NCBI GenBank assembly: GCA_020632095.1
Contig: JACKGF010000001.1
Location: 262,549 to 326,548 of the forward strand
DNA from: Candidatus Nomurabacteria bacterium
GTDB taxonomy: Bacteria; Patescibacteriota; Minisyncoccia; Phycocordibacterales; UBA918
Length of the DNA stretch: 64,000 nucleotides
Reading direction: 5' to 3'
Shown here: piece after piece, positions 18,269 through 27,845 of the stretch
Position numbering within the stretch: position 1 is the first letter of the stretch
Layout of the letters: each line of letters starts with the position of its first letter
Notes under the pieces: model-generated
What the model was told of the DNA's origin: nothing
What the model saw: the letters and a program-made list of their open reading frames with translations, nothing else
The model's database searches: none
Position numbers and translations under genes: made by a program

Positions 18269-19570
18269 TCAGACTGACATAAATTGACCAGTCCTCGACT
18301 TTTCAGGCCGGCTGGCCTTCGGAGCCGGAGCAACCTGCCTCGACTGAGTCTTCGTTGCCGGTTCGCCAGTGGCCTGACGAACCATCAGACCGATGGTGTC
18401 AATGCTGTTCTGGCTAACCTGGTACACTTCGTACCACCGCTTGTCGTCGCAAAGCACCGCGACGTTGACTGGCACCTTCGGGCGATTTGCCTTCAGAAGC
18501 GCCAGCTGTTCACGTGTGGCGTGACGCGCAACTACCGGCTTGTCACCGGGTTTGCGCTTTTCGTCGCGCTTCTGGAAGGAACTGAGTTGCCCCAACGGAA
18601 CTTCCATCGACTGTCCGCCGGTACTCTGCTGACTTACAGCTGATGCTGCAGATCGTGACGTTGCTTCGGCGAGATTGAGCTCGGTAAGCGATACCTTGCC
18701 ACCCTTCGTCTTGTTGACGGTGAAGGCAGCTATCACTCGTTTTCCGTCCGAAGACAGGATTACAGCTATCTTGCCGTCGTCGAGCCGCTTGGCGACCTCT
18801 TGATCCGACACGACGTAGCCGAACAGTTGCTTACCATCCGGCAGAGCGAAGGAACGTCGATTCTCGAGAGACTGCAGACGCAGTTTTTCCGTGCGGCGAG
18901 CTTCGGCCGCGGCCGCGGCCTCGACTGCTTTGCGACGACGTTCCTCGGCAGCGGCCTTGACCTCTGCTTGACGACGTTGCGCCGCCGCTGCCCTTTCTTG
19001 CTGCTGGCGTTGCAGTTCGTAGTTCTGCTCGGCGGCGCTAAACGCCACTTCACAGACTTCCTGCACAGCGATCAGCCGCTTGAGGCGAACTGCCTCGGCT
19101 ATGTCAGCCTGATTGTTACGGTCGAGAGGATAATGCACCCCACGCTCTGTAACCAGCCAGACCTTGTCGACGGTCGCGTCGTGAGGCATACCGGTCAGCC
19201 GGTAGATGACCCACTGACCGTCGACCTCGCCGATAAACACTAGCTGGTCACGTCCGTCGAGATGATCCTTGGCCAGGAACAGCAACTGCTCCCCTGCCTC
19301 GATTCGCGTGAGTGTCTCACGCGAGTCAAAAAACGCTGGAAGAAAGCGAACGACACAAAACGTCGTTTCTTCTCCTGCTTCCAGCTCGTAGTTGTAAAAG
19401 GTGCCACCATTGATGACACCAGGAAACCCTACTGCTGTTAGTTTGACGTTCATGCCTTTTCTCTCCTTGGTTAATTTCAAAAGAGATAGCCCGTCATCGA
19501 CTATCCGCTCAAAGTAGCGATTGCCACCCTCAGCGGATAGTCGATAATCTGATTCGTTGTAAACGAACAT
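18269..19570 (-). CDS. hypothetical protein with anomalous composition (about 60% GC in a 40% GC context); two globular regions flank an Ala/Arg/Glu-rich coiled coil
   Basis: Uninterrupted 433-aa ORF. GC-rich codons throughout (GCGGCCGCGGCCGC runs). No recognisable catalytic motif. Confidence 0.6.
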   Translation of the reverse strand: MFVYNESDYRLSAEGGNRYFERIVDDGLSLLKLTKERKGMNVKLTAVGFPGVINGGTFYNYELEAGEETTFCVVRFLPAFFDSRETLTRIEAGEQLLFLAKDHLDGRDQLVFIGEVDGQWVIYRLTGMPHDATVDKVWLVTERGVHYPLDRNNQADIAEAVRLKRLIAVQEVCEVAFSAAEQNYELQRQQQERAAAAQRRQAEVKAAAEERRRKAVEAAAAAEARRTEKLRLQSLENRRSFALPDGKQLFGYVVSDQEVAKRLDDGKIAVILSSDGKRVIAAFTVNKTKGGKVSLTELNLAEATSRSAASAVSQQSTGGQSMEVPLGQLSSFQKRDEKRKPGDKPVVARHATREQLALLKANRPKVPVNVAVLCDDKRWYEVYQVSQNSIDTIGLMVRQATGEPATKTQSRQVAPAPKASRPEKSRTGQFMSV

Positions 19571-19628
19571 CTAAAAATCCTATTTAGAATAATAGCATAT
19601 TTGTACTAAAAGTCAAGGGGTGTAGAAA

Positions 19629-20753
19629 TTATTCCTCAGTTTTATGTGGTTTATCCAGCACAATAGCCTCGGCGCCGATGCCCTCGCCGGCGATTTTCAT
19701 TACGTCTTTGTCGATTTTACCTAGTTCTTTTTGGGCAGTATTGTAGTGATTAACGGTAGTTCCGAGACTAGTGCCTAATTTTTCAAAGTAGGAGTTGTAG
19801 GCGTTGAGATGACGACCGAGTTGCTCGACTTGCTTGCCTATCTGCTTGGCGCTTTCCTCAATTTTGAAGGCTCTGAAACCGTACAAAACTGACTGTAGGT
19901 AAGCCGCAAAGGTAGTTGGTGACACAATAATCACATTCTTATCTTTGTACGCGTAATCAATCAATGAGCGGGTATTCACCTTGACCGATCCGACTTCATT
20001 TACCAACAAGTCATAGTAAATGGCTTCCGCTGGTATATACATAAAGGCAAAAGGCAACGTGCCGTCTTTCGGTCGGATATATTTAGCAGTTTCGTCAATC
20101 CGCTTTTTGAGGTCATTTTTAAATTCTTTTTCCAATACTTCCCTTTCATTGTCATCGGTCGACTCAACCAAGCGACGATAATTATCGAGCGAGAACTTGG
20201 CATCAACCGGAATCATACCGTCCTTGGTTTCGATTACCGCATCGACCGCCTCTCCTCCTGGAAATAGATATTGGAGTTTGTATGCACCGGCTGGAAGGAT
20301 ATTTTCTAGAGCCAACTGCAAGCTAGCTTCACCTAGATTACCCCGTTGTTTTTGGTGTTTAAGCACCTTTTCAAGACTTTGTAGTTGTTCCGCCACGGTA
20401 AAGACTTGCTTGGAGCTCTCCCCTACCTCACTCACATGTTTTTGCACATTCAACAGCTTCTCGCCGACACTTTCCTGAATATACTTTATTTGCTCATTTA
20501 CTTCCTTTGAGATGGTCTGCATTAATTTCTGGCTTTCCGAAAACTGACTACGGGTTCCCTCCTGCATCGCTTTACTTGACTCGCTCAAACGCGAATCCAT
20601 CGTGCGACTAAGTTCCTGTAACTGTTGTTGCAAAAGCATCATATTATCGCCACTTTTATCTGGCAGCTCCTCCTTAGGTTGGAACAACTTATAAACCACA
20701 AATACGTTCACTACTAGCAAGATTATTATGAGTGCAATCAAAATTATTTCCAT
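19629..20753 (-). CDS. rmuC: DNA recombination protein RmuC
   Basis: N-terminal transmembrane helix, long coiled coil, and a C-terminal RmuC nuclease-like domain (FMYIPAEAIYYDLL). Confidence 0.7.
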   Translation of the reverse strand: MEIILIALIIILLVVNVFVVYKLFQPKEELPDKSGDNMMLLQQQLQELSRTMDSRLSESSKAMQEGTRSQFSESQKLMQTISKEVNEQIKYIQESVGEKLLNVQKHVSEVGESSKQVFTVAEQLQSLEKVLKHQKQRGNLGEASLQLALENILPAGAYKLQYLFPGGEAVDAVIETKDGMIPVDAKFSLDNYRRLVESTDDNEREVLEKEFKNDLKKRIDETAKYIRPKDGTLPFAFMYIPAEAIYYDLLVNEVGSVKVNTRSLIDYAYKDKNVIIVSPTTFAAYLQSVLYGFRAFKIEESAKQIGKQVEQLGRHLNAYNSYFEKLGTSLGTTVNHYNTAQKELGKIDKDVMKIAGEGIGAEAIVLDKPHKTEE

Positions 20754-20894
20754 AGATGTAACTATAGTAACATTTTATTAAATTGAAGTCGGTGTTAATA
20801 TATAAATATCTATATGTTGGTTGAATTTTCTGTTTTTGATTAAAACTACCAAGAGGCAACCTACATGCGATATTTTCCGTAACTAATCATTCTT

Positions 20895-21347
20895 ATGTCA
20901 CTTCATGAAGAAATAAAATCATCACTTAAAGACGCTATGAAAGCCCGCGATGCAGTAAAATTACGCACCGTTCGCAGTATGATTACTGCTTTTACCAATG
21001 AGCTAGTTGCGAACGGCAAAACCCCGCAAGACTGGTTAGAAAACGAAGCAACCTTAGCAGTCATCAAACGGTTAACCAAGCAACGCAAGGAATCTATTAC
21101 GCAGTACGAAGCTAACAACCGACCAGAACTAGCCGAGCCTGAAAAAGAAGAATTGGCTGTTTTAGAGAGTTATCTCCCCCAAATGATGAGTCAGGCGGAA
21201 ATAATGCCGATTGCCCAAGCTAAAAAAGCTGAACTAGGCATAGATGATAAAAGCAAAATGGGGATGTTGGTCGGAGCTGTGATGAAGGATCTTGCAGGTA
21301 AAGCTGACGGGGGTGATGTAAAAGTGGTGGTCGAATCATTATTTTAG
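20895..21347 (+). CDS. GatB/YqeY domain protein
   Basis: LKDAMKARD...LRTVRSMITAFTNE YqeY signature; 150 aa. Confidence 0.75.
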   Translation: MSLHEEIKSSLKDAMKARDAVKLRTVRSMITAFTNELVANGKTPQDWLENEATLAVIKRLTKQRKESITQYEANNRPELAEPEKEELAVLESYLPQMMSQAEIMPIAQAKKAELGIDDKSKMGMLVGAVMKDLAGKADGGDVKVVVESLF

Positions 21348-21358
21348 GAAATAGACTT

Positions 21359-21640
21359 ATGGAATCTTTATCGGAAAAAAGAGAGAGGGTTATTTCATTA
21401 ACGAGACAAGAACAAGAAAATGAACGATTCGACCCAGACTGGGCCAAGGAACTTAGAGAAGAAATTGATATTCTTGAAGCAGAAATTGCTGAATCAGAAA
21501 AAAAGGCAGGGTCACCTAGTGGTGACAGTGCCAGAAAGCCTAATATTATTAAAACAGCAAAAGAAACTTTTGTTACTGACAGAGCAACGGTAGTTTCTAG
21601 AACCAATAGCCTCTTAGATATGTTAAGAAAAGATCGATAA
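21359..21640 (+). CDS. hypothetical small charged/coiled-coil protein
   Basis: 93-aa ORF 11 nt after yqeY on the same strand. Confidence 0.3.
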   Translation: MESLSEKRERVISLTRQEQENERFDPDWAKELREEIDILEAEIAESEKKAGSPSGDSARKPNIIKTAKETFVTDRATVVSRTNSLLDMLRKDR

Positions 21641-21714
21641 AAAAATTTAAACCGACACTAAACCAAAAACCTTATACTTACAGGGTGCTTATTCTAGACA
21701 AAATTAAGCATCAG

Positions 21715-22476
21715 CTACTTAACTACAGAAAACATAACCTCACAAAATGTGTTACCTTTTTCATTCATAACTTCTAAAGATATAGACTTTTCTCCTGGAG
21801 TATATTTTCCTCCATTATCATTCAATTTGAACGTAACTGAACCTTGCATAGCTGGCTCAACAGGAGGATAAACCACCATACTACTACCCGCAAAACCTCC
21901 CCAACTAATACTTTCAGCATTTGAACTTATCCAACTGACAGTTATAGGCTCATCCAAATTATACAAACCTTTACCAGTACTAATTGAACAGAAAGGATCA
22001 GTCGATACTAGATTTGTTTTAACCTCTGTCTTTGGTTTTACATCAGAAGTAATGGTTTTTGGTAACTCACTTTTTGTGTTAGTTATTTTTTGATCAGATT
22101 TTTTGTCTAATGAGGGTTTATTTTTCTCTATAATCTCTGTTTGAGGATAGTCCACCCTTATCATCTCTAGTATTCCTGAATCATTTTTCATACAACCTTC
22201 AAACATTTCTCTGTCAACAAAATTTTCACCCAATTCTCCATGAGCTATTACACAAGATGGTGACTCTCCCTCAATACTATTACAACTAACATTATTGGTC
22301 TCAAGCATAAAATGATGAACCATATCTGAACACTCAATCTCCGTAAAGTGTGCTTTTACTTGTTGATCATTTAATTTTGGAGAAATATATTTATTAAATA
22401 GGTAAAGACTAGCAAGAAATAGCAGTAAAATTACCACAACCATAAAAACTTTCTCTCCATTTTTTATTTCATCCAT
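21715..22476 (-). CDS. hypothetical secreted/membrane-anchored Cys-containing protein
   Basis: N-terminal transmembrane segment; no family recognised. Confidence 0.35.
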   Translation of the reverse strand: MDEIKNGEKVFMVVVILLLFLASLYLFNKYISPKLNDQQVKAHFTEIECSDMVHHFMLETNNVSCNSIEGESPSCVIAHGELGENFVDREMFEGCMKNDSGILEMIRVDYPQTEIIEKNKPSLDKKSDQKITNTKSELPKTITSDVKPKTEVKTNLVSTDPFCSISTGKGLYNLDEPITVSWISSNAESISWGGFAGSSMVVYPPVEPAMQGSVTFKLNDNGGKYTPGEKSISLEVMNEKGNTFCEVMFSVVK

Positions 22477-22518
22477 AAATTAAAAATATTACACTTTAAT
22501 TTTAACATGGATAAAATC

Positions 22519-23090
22519 ATTAAATTAACAACCCAGGGGTAGAACCCCTGGGTATACTTCCGGTGTATGAGCTATAGTAAACGGAGCTGTTCTGTCTGCT
22601 TCGTCTTTCCTTGGTTTCTTACGTATCTTTCAACTTGTTGCCAGCTTCCCTTTTCAGAGATAGTAGAAATAAAGTAACCATCACTCCAAAATTCACCTCC
22701 CCACAACTCCTTCCGCAATTCAGGAAATTGCTTAAAGAGTTGTTTGGTTGTGATTGACTTAAACATACCCACTATCTCACTACCACTGTATTTAGGATGG
22801 AATGAACACAGTATGTGAATGTGATCACCGTCAGTACCCAATTGTTCAAACCAAACGTCATAACGTTCTGTCATAGCAGCAGCAATTTCCCGAATTGCTC
22901 TGGTAATAGGTGGTTCTAACAGTGCTTTACGGTATTTCACAGGAAAGACTATGTGGTAGTGGGTATCGAACACGCAGTGGTTACTTTTGACAATGCTCAT
23001 ACTCTTAGTTTAGTTGAAAACCTTAGGTTTTCAAACTTTCCGAAGCGGAGACCCCGCGGCAGAGCCGCGGGGAATATGGGGATTTAAGTT
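22519..23090 (-). mobile_element. second, divergent IS200/IS605-family element (tnpA only)
   Basis: tnpA is flanked by subterminal hairpins CCCAGGGGtagaaCCCCTGGG (22532..22552) and CCCCGCGGcagagCCGCGGGG (23052..23072). Abuts the truB 3' end. Boundaries are approximate. Confidence 0.6.
22572..23000 (-). CDS. tnpA: IS200/IS605-family Y1 transposase TnpA (different subfamily from copies A/B)
   Basis: THYHIVFPVKYRK, HIHILCSFHPKYS (HxH), C-terminal Tyr region. Confidence 0.8.
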   Translation of the reverse strand: MSIVKSNHCVFDTHYHIVFPVKYRKALLEPPITRAIREIAAAMTERYDVWFEQLGTDGDHIHILCSFHPKYSGSEIVGMFKSITTKQLFKQFPELRKELWGGEFWSDGYFISTISEKGSWQQVERYVRNQGKTKQTEQLRLL

Positions 23091-23771
23091 CTAATATAAA
23101 TTATCAATCAAATCCGCCATTTCAATATCAAAACCTCCAACCTTAATCCGGCGTAGATTGTAAATAGTTGCTGGATAATTAATTTGCCGACCGATTTCCT
23201 CAGCTAATGAGCGAATGTAGGTACCACTGCCGACCTTGAAACGCACAGTTGCTACAGCCCGATTTTTCATCAACTCAACTTTAAATAATTCAGTTTCGTA
23301 AACTTTCATCATTCTGTGTGGCACTTCGGTCACAATGTCACCAGTTTTTTCGGCTTTGCGGGCACGTTTGTACATTGGGACACCGTCGAGTTTGATAGCG
23401 CTGTAGGCGGAGACGGGGAGGGATATTTCGCCGTTTAGGGTGGTTAGGGCGGTGGAAATTTTGCTCTGCAAAATTTCCACCGCCTCCCCCACTTCCTTTT
23501 CCTCCAGCACTTCCCCTTCCATATCACCAGTGGAACGCTTCTCACCAATCAAAATTTCCGCAATATATTCTTTATCCAGCTTCACCAAATCAGTCAGCCG
23601 TTTAGTCCCCGGCCCAATCCCAATTATCATCTAACCAGTCGCCAATGGATCTAAAGTACCAGCGTGACCCATTTTTTTAATATTGAGTTTGCGGCGCAGT
23701 TGCCGTATCACATCAAAAGAAGTGATACCTTTCGGTTTATCTATCAGCAACAATTCTGGAATTTCTTCCAT
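23091..23771 (-). pseudogene. truB: tRNA pseudouridine(55) synthase truB interrupted by an in-frame TAG
   Basis: Upstream 46-aa frame [46 protein letters not shown] (catalytic GTLDP Asp motif) ends at TAG 23631..23633. The same frame continues immediately as ATG MIIGIGPGTK... through the TruB C-terminus (GTYIRSLAEEIG). Confidence 0.7.
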
Positions 23772-23772
23772 A

Positions 23773-24723
23773 TTAAACAAATGCTACAAGCTTAACTAAG
23801 AAAAAAGCGAAGAAAATAAGCATCATTACCCCCTCCCAACGTTGCACTTGTCTAGCCAGCCCATTAACAAATAAAATCAATGACGCGGCAATTAAAATTG
23901 CCAAACCAAGCTTCATTACCACCTCTCCTGCTTCAAGCGGACTAATCAAACCAGGAATACCAACTACTAACAAAATATTAAAAGCATTTGAGCCGAATAT
24001 ATTACCAATCGCTAAGTCTACTTCGTTATTCTTAATCGCCCGCAATGAAACAAATAATTCCGGCAGCGAAGTACCAATCGCAATCGCCCCAATCGACACC
24101 AAACCTAAAGGCACTGAAAGACCAGTTGCAATATTGACTGCCATATTAACTGTGTAGTGTGCACCGACTAATACTGCTCCAATCCCAAGAAGCACAAAAA
24201 CAACATCTTTAATAGTCACCTTACCTTTAATATCTTTTGCCTCCATTTCTTCTTTGGCCTTATTGGAAGAGGAAAACAAATACCACATATAAGCACAAAA
24301 GGTACCAAACAAAAGCAAAGCTTCCACCCTGTCGATTACTCCATCGTACAAACTAGACACAAAGTGAATGGTCGCAATAAAGAAAATCGGTAACTCGGTC
24401 TGCAAGAGGTTTTTGTTAATCACTACCGGCCCGCCAAGTAATGCCATCACCCCTACAATCAACAAAATGTTGGTGATGTTGGAACCAACAGCATTAGCAA
24501 TCACGATCTCAGTCGAACCCTCTAACACCGCCGCCAATGAAGAGGCTAACTCGGGCAAAGAAGTACCCAACCCAACAATCAATACCCCAATCGCAAATGA
24601 GCTCATCCCGAAAGAGGCACCGATTTTTTTGGCCCCTTCAACAAACAAATCGGCTCCTCTGACCAACACATACAGTGACGCAATCAAAATTCCCGACCAT
24701 TGAGCAAGTTGTACAATATCCAT
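23773..24723 (-). CDS. Ca2+/Na+ antiporter, CaCA family (YrbG-like)
   Basis: Two alpha-repeat halves ([20 protein letters not shown]). Confidence 0.8.
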   Translation of the reverse strand: MDIVQLAQWSGILIASLYVLVRGADLFVEGAKKIGASFGMSSFAIGVLIVGLGTSLPELASSLAAVLEGSTEIVIANAVGSNITNILLIVGVMALLGGPVVINKNLLQTELPIFFIATIHFVSSLYDGVIDRVEALLLFGTFCAYMWYLFSSSNKAKEEMEAKDIKGKVTIKDVVFVLLGIGAVLVGAHYTVNMAVNIATGLSVPLGLVSIGAIAIGTSLPELFVSLRAIKNNEVDLAIGNIFGSNAFNILLVVGIPGLISPLEAGEVVMKLGLAILIAASLILFVNGLARQVQRWEGVMMLIFFAFFLVKLVAFV

Positions 24724-24786
24724 AAGTAACAGTATACCTTAATTCCTTTTAATCTCTGACAAAGATATCAATAGTCGAATGTCAGA

Positions 24787-26025
24787 CTAAAGAACCAACA
24801 GAGAAGGGTTAATGATCAGTAGTCCACCTAGCAATAGCATTAACACCCCACCAATCAATAGTGACATTTGCGCATATTTTCCACCATGAGATTGCAACTT
24901 TGAATAACCCCAAATCGCCAATCCAAAAACAATAAAATCATCAATCATATAACCTACCGTGTAAACCAGGATGTACCATTGCCTCTCCATGAAGGTCAGC
25001 ATGTTTAACTCCAGAATTTTGGTGTATGCCTGTGGAATACCAATCGAACAAGCAAATTCAATAATGTTAACTGAGAAAGCAATAATCAAAATTGCAAAAA
25101 CAGACATAATTGTAACCGGTTGATTTACAATTGACTTAAATTTATCAATCGTCTTTGACTGAGTTTCAATGTCGGTAATATCACAAACTAGGTTGGCGTC
25201 TTTATTTTTATGCCACCGCCACAAGAAGAAAACTCCTCCGCCCGTCGCCAAAAATCCCACCAAAGGAGTGACATATTGGTCTAAAGAAACAAAGTCCCAG
25301 GTTTTGTACCAAACATTTAAAATTAGATTGTACATTACTGCCTCCGCCATGATGAACAAACCAGCTAAGAAAATCATTTTTTTCTTACTACCAGCCTGTG
25401 AAAGAATCACCAAGAAAGTAATCAACACCCACATCGCACAAGGATTAAAACCGTCAATCACCCCCAGCAAAGCCGACAATGAAAACAGTGAGAAAGATTT
25501 CAAGTCAACCACCCCAATAAAAGGCAAGTCGAACTCAAAGCCAGACCCTACACCAGCTTCACATTCTAAATCAGCACAACCACTCCCAGCCAACACTTCT
25601 TGTTTTGGCGCCCGTTCAAGGTGGTCATCCAAGGAATTTATATCAGTATAATGAGCTTGCTCGATTGCCTCCTTGATACTTTTACCAGTCGTCTCTGGTC
25701 CGTTAAAGCCAACAAAAACTCGTTCGCCAATAACGGTGACTGGAGTCACTTTTGATGCATCATGTTTAGCAGTGATTTTATTATAGTACTCTCTAGCTGT
25801 TTCATCCGTCTCAATATTTAAATACTCAAAAACTATCCCTTCTTCTTTCAAATAAGCAAATTGCTTCTTGCAAACGGCACAAGTGTCACGACCAAATACA
25901 AATACGGTCGGATTCTCAGTTACCACTTCCTCTTCTGCTTGAGCCTGTACTGGTGAAGCCACAGAGCCACCAACTGCTACCAGCGCTAGAAATATGGCTA
26001 AAAATATTTTTTTCATACCGCTCAT
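24787..26025 (-). CDS. secreted glutaredoxin/thioredoxin-like domain fused to CcdA/DsbD-type membrane thiol-disulfide transporter
   Basis: Signal peptide, CAVCKK redox motif, then a polytopic domain with Cys in transmembrane helices (GFNPCAMW and EFACSIG), as in CcdA. Adjacent to msrAB. Confidence 0.6.
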   Translation of the reverse strand: MSGMKKIFLAIFLALVAVGGSVASPVQAQAEEEVVTENPTVFVFGRDTCAVCKKQFAYLKEEGIVFEYLNIETDETAREYYNKITAKHDASKVTPVTVIGERVFVGFNGPETTGKSIKEAIEQAHYTDINSLDDHLERAPKQEVLAGSGCADLECEAGVGSGFEFDLPFIGVVDLKSFSLFSLSALLGVIDGFNPCAMWVLITFLVILSQAGSKKKMIFLAGLFIMAEAVMYNLILNVWYKTWDFVSLDQYVTPLVGFLATGGGVFFLWRWHKNKDANLVCDITDIETQSKTIDKFKSIVNQPVTIMSVFAILIIAFSVNIIEFACSIGIPQAYTKILELNMLTFMERQWYILVYTVGYMIDDFIVFGLAIWGYSKLQSHGGKYAQMSLLIGGVLMLLLGGLLIINPSLLVL

Positions 26026-26094
26026 GCTATCACATTTTTAGTAAAATACTCACAAAACAGCACTTGCATAATAGAGTTTACTTTAAGCAATTAA

Positions 26095-27408
26095 TTAAAT
26101 GTACGGAAGAAAATCCTCATACCCCTCAGCTTCCATCTGGTCTTTTGGCACAAAACGTAGAGCGACGCCGTTCATGCAGTACCTTAAACCTGTACTATCT
26201 TTTGGTCCGTCATTAAACACGTGGCCGAGGTGATTGTCAGCTATCGCCGACCGAATCTCGGTACGAGTCGAGAATAGCTTTTTATCCACATGCTCAGTGA
26301 CCGCAGTCGGCGTAATCGGCCGCACAAATGATGGCCAGCCAGTCCCAGAATCAAACTTATCCTTTGAAGAATATAATGGCTCTCCCGACAAGACATCAAC
26401 ATAAATCCCTGGCTCGTAATTTTTATCAAGTGGACTACTACCAGCCTTCTCAGTCCCCTCATTCTGTGTCACCTTGAATGTTAATTCGTCTAATTGGTTT
26501 TCCAAACTGTCTTCACTTGGTTTTTTATAGTCATTCCACATATAATTTTTATTACTGCTAGTAGCCTTCGTTCTCCATGACAGAACCGGACTATGATCAT
26601 TTACACCCCAATATTTTTCAATAAATTTATCGCGACCAGAAGCGTTGCGGTAATACTTATATTTTAGCTGAGAAAGTGTACCTTTGTAGTAATCCTGATG
26701 ATAGTCTTCAGCTGGCCAAAATTTCGGTTCTGGTTCTACATCTATTGCTAGCGGTTTATCATACGGTCCATTTTCATTTACATCTTGGATCAAATTATCA
26801 ATAATTGCTTTTTGTTCATCATTTTCGTAATAAAACGCTGAAGAATATTTATCACCGCGGTCAGCAAAGGTCCCATCGTCGTCAGTTGGATCGGTAGTTT
26901 TCATAGTGACGATTAAAATGTCTTCAAATGAAACTTGGTTAGCATCATAGGTAACCTGAACCACTTCACGGTGTCCGCCCGAACCATAGTTACTGTAGGT
27001 TGGATTTTCAGTCGAGCCTCCCGCATAACCAGAAACTACCGAAGTCACTCCATGAACTTTCTCTAAATCAGATTCCACACACCAAAAACATCCCCCCGCT
27101 ACCATCATGGTTTTTATGTTTGGTGTTTGATTATCAACTGATTGCGTTTTTATGTTTGTCATTTCATTTTGATTATCGGTTTTAATGGTGGCGTCCGGGG
27201 CGGGCGAAGTAGCGGGCTCAGCTTCAGACATCGCACTCTCAACTTCGCCCGCCCCTCCCCCAACCTCAACTTCAACTCCAAGTTCCCTATCTCCAATTTG
27301 CTCCTGAGTCGCAACCACAGGCACCTCAGCAGGCACTTCCATCACACCTCCTCCAAACCCAAAAAAAGCAGCAATTGCTATAAAAATACCTCTAATAAAA
27401 TCAATCAT
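26095..27408 (-). CDS. msrAB: membrane-anchored bifunctional peptide-methionine sulfoxide reductase MsrA-MsrB fusion
   Basis: N-terminal transmembrane segment plus low-complexity linker. MsrA GGCFWCVE active site, then the MsrB RYCMNGVAL motif. Confidence 0.8.
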   Translation of the reverse strand: MIDFIRGIFIAIAAFFGFGGGVMEVPAEVPVVATQEQIGDRELGVEVEVGGGAGEVESAMSEAEPATSPAPDATIKTDNQNEMTNIKTQSVDNQTPNIKTMMVAGGCFWCVESDLEKVHGVTSVVSGYAGGSTENPTYSNYGSGGHREVVQVTYDANQVSFEDILIVTMKTTDPTDDDGTFADRGDKYSSAFYYENDEQKAIIDNLIQDVNENGPYDKPLAIDVEPEPKFWPAEDYHQDYYKGTLSQLKYKYYRNASGRDKFIEKYWGVNDHSPVLSWRTKATSSNKNYMWNDYKKPSEDSLENQLDELTFKVTQNEGTEKAGSSPLDKNYEPGIYVDVLSGEPLYSSKDKFDSGTGWPSFVRPITPTAVTEHVDKKLFSTRTEIRSAIADNHLGHVFNDGPKDSTGLRYCMNGVALRFVPKDQMEAEGYEDFLPYI

Positions 27409-27477
27409 AAGCTACGCCAACTGATTACTGTTATATCCATTGATACTCTCCCGATCTTAAAATATTTCAAAATAAAT

Positions 27478-27506
27478 TTGACATTATAGCTAAAACATGC
27501 TATCAT
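27478..27506 (+). promoter_or_regulatory. sigma-70-type promoter for the small membrane peptide gene
   Basis: TTGACA, 17 nt, TATCAT; then AAAGGAG RBS 7 nt before a GTG start. Confidence 0.5.
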
Positions 27507-27551
27507 ATTTAATGAAAGTACATCCTCAACAACACTACAAAGGAGTAAATC

Positions 27552-27800
27552 GTGTATAAAACATTCAAAATGGTCTGGACCGTAGCATTGTGCGTAGCTC
27601 TCGGTACAATTTTCATTGCCGTCGGAACAGTAGTTGGTGCAACAATCAGCTTCATTCCAGGTTTTGCAAGCAGCTTTGCTTGTGGAAACATGACAATGAT
27701 TGGGTGTGAATACCCAATCACCGCTGGTGTGATGCTCGGAGCCATTGGCGCCGTCTACTGTCTCATACAGATCATTAGCCGTAGAAAAGTCTACAGCTAG
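27552..27800 (+). CDS. small hydrophobic Gly-rich two-TM peptide (bacteriocin-like or membrane regulator), GTG start
   Basis: 82 aa with own promoter, strong RBS, and terminator at 27800..27840. GxxxG-like motifs (GAIGAVY). Confidence 0.45.
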   Translation: MYKTFKMVWTVALCVALGTIFIAVGTVVGATISFIPGFASSFACGNMTMIGCEYPITAGVMLGAIGAVYCLIQIISRRKVYS

Positions 27801-27845
27801 CCGCCCGAAAGAGTCACCTAGACCATCAGGCGGCTTTTTCATTTC

